Assembly (NCBI GenBank): GCA_963817915.1
Contig: CAWFQL010000011.1
Coordinates: 239,563 to 303,562, forward strand
DNA: 64,000 nt
Source: an uncultured candidate division Zixibacteria bacterium
GTDB lineage: Bacteria > Zixibacteria > MSB-5A5 > UBA10806
Direction of reading: 5' to 3'
The notes under the pieces were generated by a model, which saw nothing but the letters and a program-made list of their open reading frames with translations, did no database searches and was not told where the DNA came from. Shown here piece by piece: positions 62,778-64,000 of the stretch (positions within the stretch are counted from its first letter, which is position 1; each line of letters begins with the position of its first letter). A program made the translations under genes and the position numbers.

Positions 62778-64000
62778 TCATATCTTGGCAGGTAAAAATT
62801 GGCTGTGTCGAACCGTCGCAGATTCAAGGTAAATGCCAAATTTATCAAAATAGCCACTGAATTTTCCTGGAAATGACATGCCCCCCATTTCTTCATGTTC
62901 CCACTCTAATGTTACCGATAACTCCATATCGCCTGAGAATTTGATTCTATCATCCCCCATAGCTTTAAAGGAGAGATTTTCGATGATCACTTCATCTACT
63001 ACGGTATTACTTGATAATTCATTAAGGTTATTGTACAAATCTTGATAATTTGGTGTATTAATGCCTAATTCATTCTCTATGCAATCAATAATATCGGACC
63101 TAATAAGGATGTTGAGGTCAGAACTGTCTAAGTTATGATAAATTTTAATTTTATCAGACGACGCAACTTCGAAATTGTCGAATAATAATTGTGCTGCATT
63201 GAATTTAAAATCTGATTCCGCGTGTTCAGTTGCGATGATGAATAGATACTCTTTGGCTTTTTCAGAATAACTTGCCATTAATTTTTGTATCAATGCATTA
63301 AACGCTTCAGTCCCTATACCTTTTGTTGATTCGAGAGCCTTCTTATTGTCATTTTCAATAATAAGCCATTTAACTATTTCATTAATAATTACTGCAGATT
63401 CAGGGTCATAAGGCCAGATACGTTCCATTCAAACCAGATTCCGAATATGGTTTAATCATATTCATTATCTTAAGATAAATTTCCTCTGGCATTTGATCTT
63501 TTAATGCCTCTAACGTGCTATTGGCAGAAGTAAGACTTTTAACTCTCTTAAAGCTTGCAGGCAAAAACTGTTTAAGAATATCTTCGTTGGAAGGACTTAG
63601 CAGCATTGATTTCAACTCTGTAGAATCCCATACTAGAGTATGAATTCTTTCTCCACCCTTCATATCTAATTTATCCAAAGCTTCTTTTGCTGCTGAACTT
63701 ATGGTGGTGGTAGTTGCTAAAAGAAACCCATTTGCGTTATGTTGTACTAATTTTTCAATTATTCCCCCTTTGGAAAATCCGCCTCCTGTACCGATTTTCC
63801 GCTGCCAGCGAAAATCCTTACATGATACCAGCCAAGTGATTTTTCCTTTCGATAACTGGCCCTCTATTATTTCAGTAAAAATAAGATCCCAACCTCCATC
63901 AGGGCCCCTGCCTGACCATGAAGGCCTTAAACCAAGTTTTTTGCCTAGTTGCCGAACGAGGCCTTCCAAATCCTCGCCAGGGACTGAAGATTTAATTCCT
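62778..64000 (-). CDS. Mrr-like restriction endonuclease domain fused to a C-terminal domain resembling pPIWI-associated nuclease group 2 (5' end outside window; frameshifts)
   Basis: EGLVRQLG, GRGPDGG.DLI, WLVSCKD, GFLLATTT; C-terminal LNELSSNTVVDEV...VTLEW...SFP. Confidence 0.65.

Overview
Bacterial chromosomal window, almost entirely on the + strand, from a flagellated diderm. L- and P-ring genes are present, and tandem PorV/PorQ barrels, a FlgD-Ig-tailed propeller and a FISUMP lipoprotein suggest an FCB-superphylum lineage such as Zixibacteria/KSB1 (inference). Order: (1) 1-4.4 kb, a signalling cluster of four stand-alone receivers, two degenerate GAF-HisKA proteins and a tiny chemoreceptor-tip-like protein; (2) 4.8-29.2 kb, a flagellar region with sigma54-driven flgFGAHIJ, then flgN-flgK-csrA-flgL-fliW, a five-gene TPR/glycosyltransferase/amino-sugar island, a 751-aa flagellin with a CsrA-type leader, fliD-fliS-fliT-like-flgM-like and an HDOD gene, plus several sigma28-type promoters; (3) 29.4-42.4 kb, housekeeping: tRNA-Val, thrS-infC-rpmI-rplT-pheST-zapB-zapA-rny-ymdB-folD-xseA-merR and tRNA-Pro; (4) 42.6-57.8 kb, SPFH/zinc-ribbon genes, ppx-like, a PorV locus, a decarboxylating dehydrogenase, an LTA-synthase-like sulfatase, ligA, an AI-2E transporter and ytfIJ-like genes; (5) 57.8-64 kb, an accessory zone with a complete IS481-family element inserted into a palindromic repeat, a dense mosaic of REP-like palindromes and an AT-rich tail with a restriction-endonuclease-like fusion. 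About ten genes, including essential thrS and folD, carry single-base frameshifts, several in homopolymers. These are best read as sequencing/assembly indels, not pseudogenes. All family assignments come from motif recognition by eye; no searches were run.
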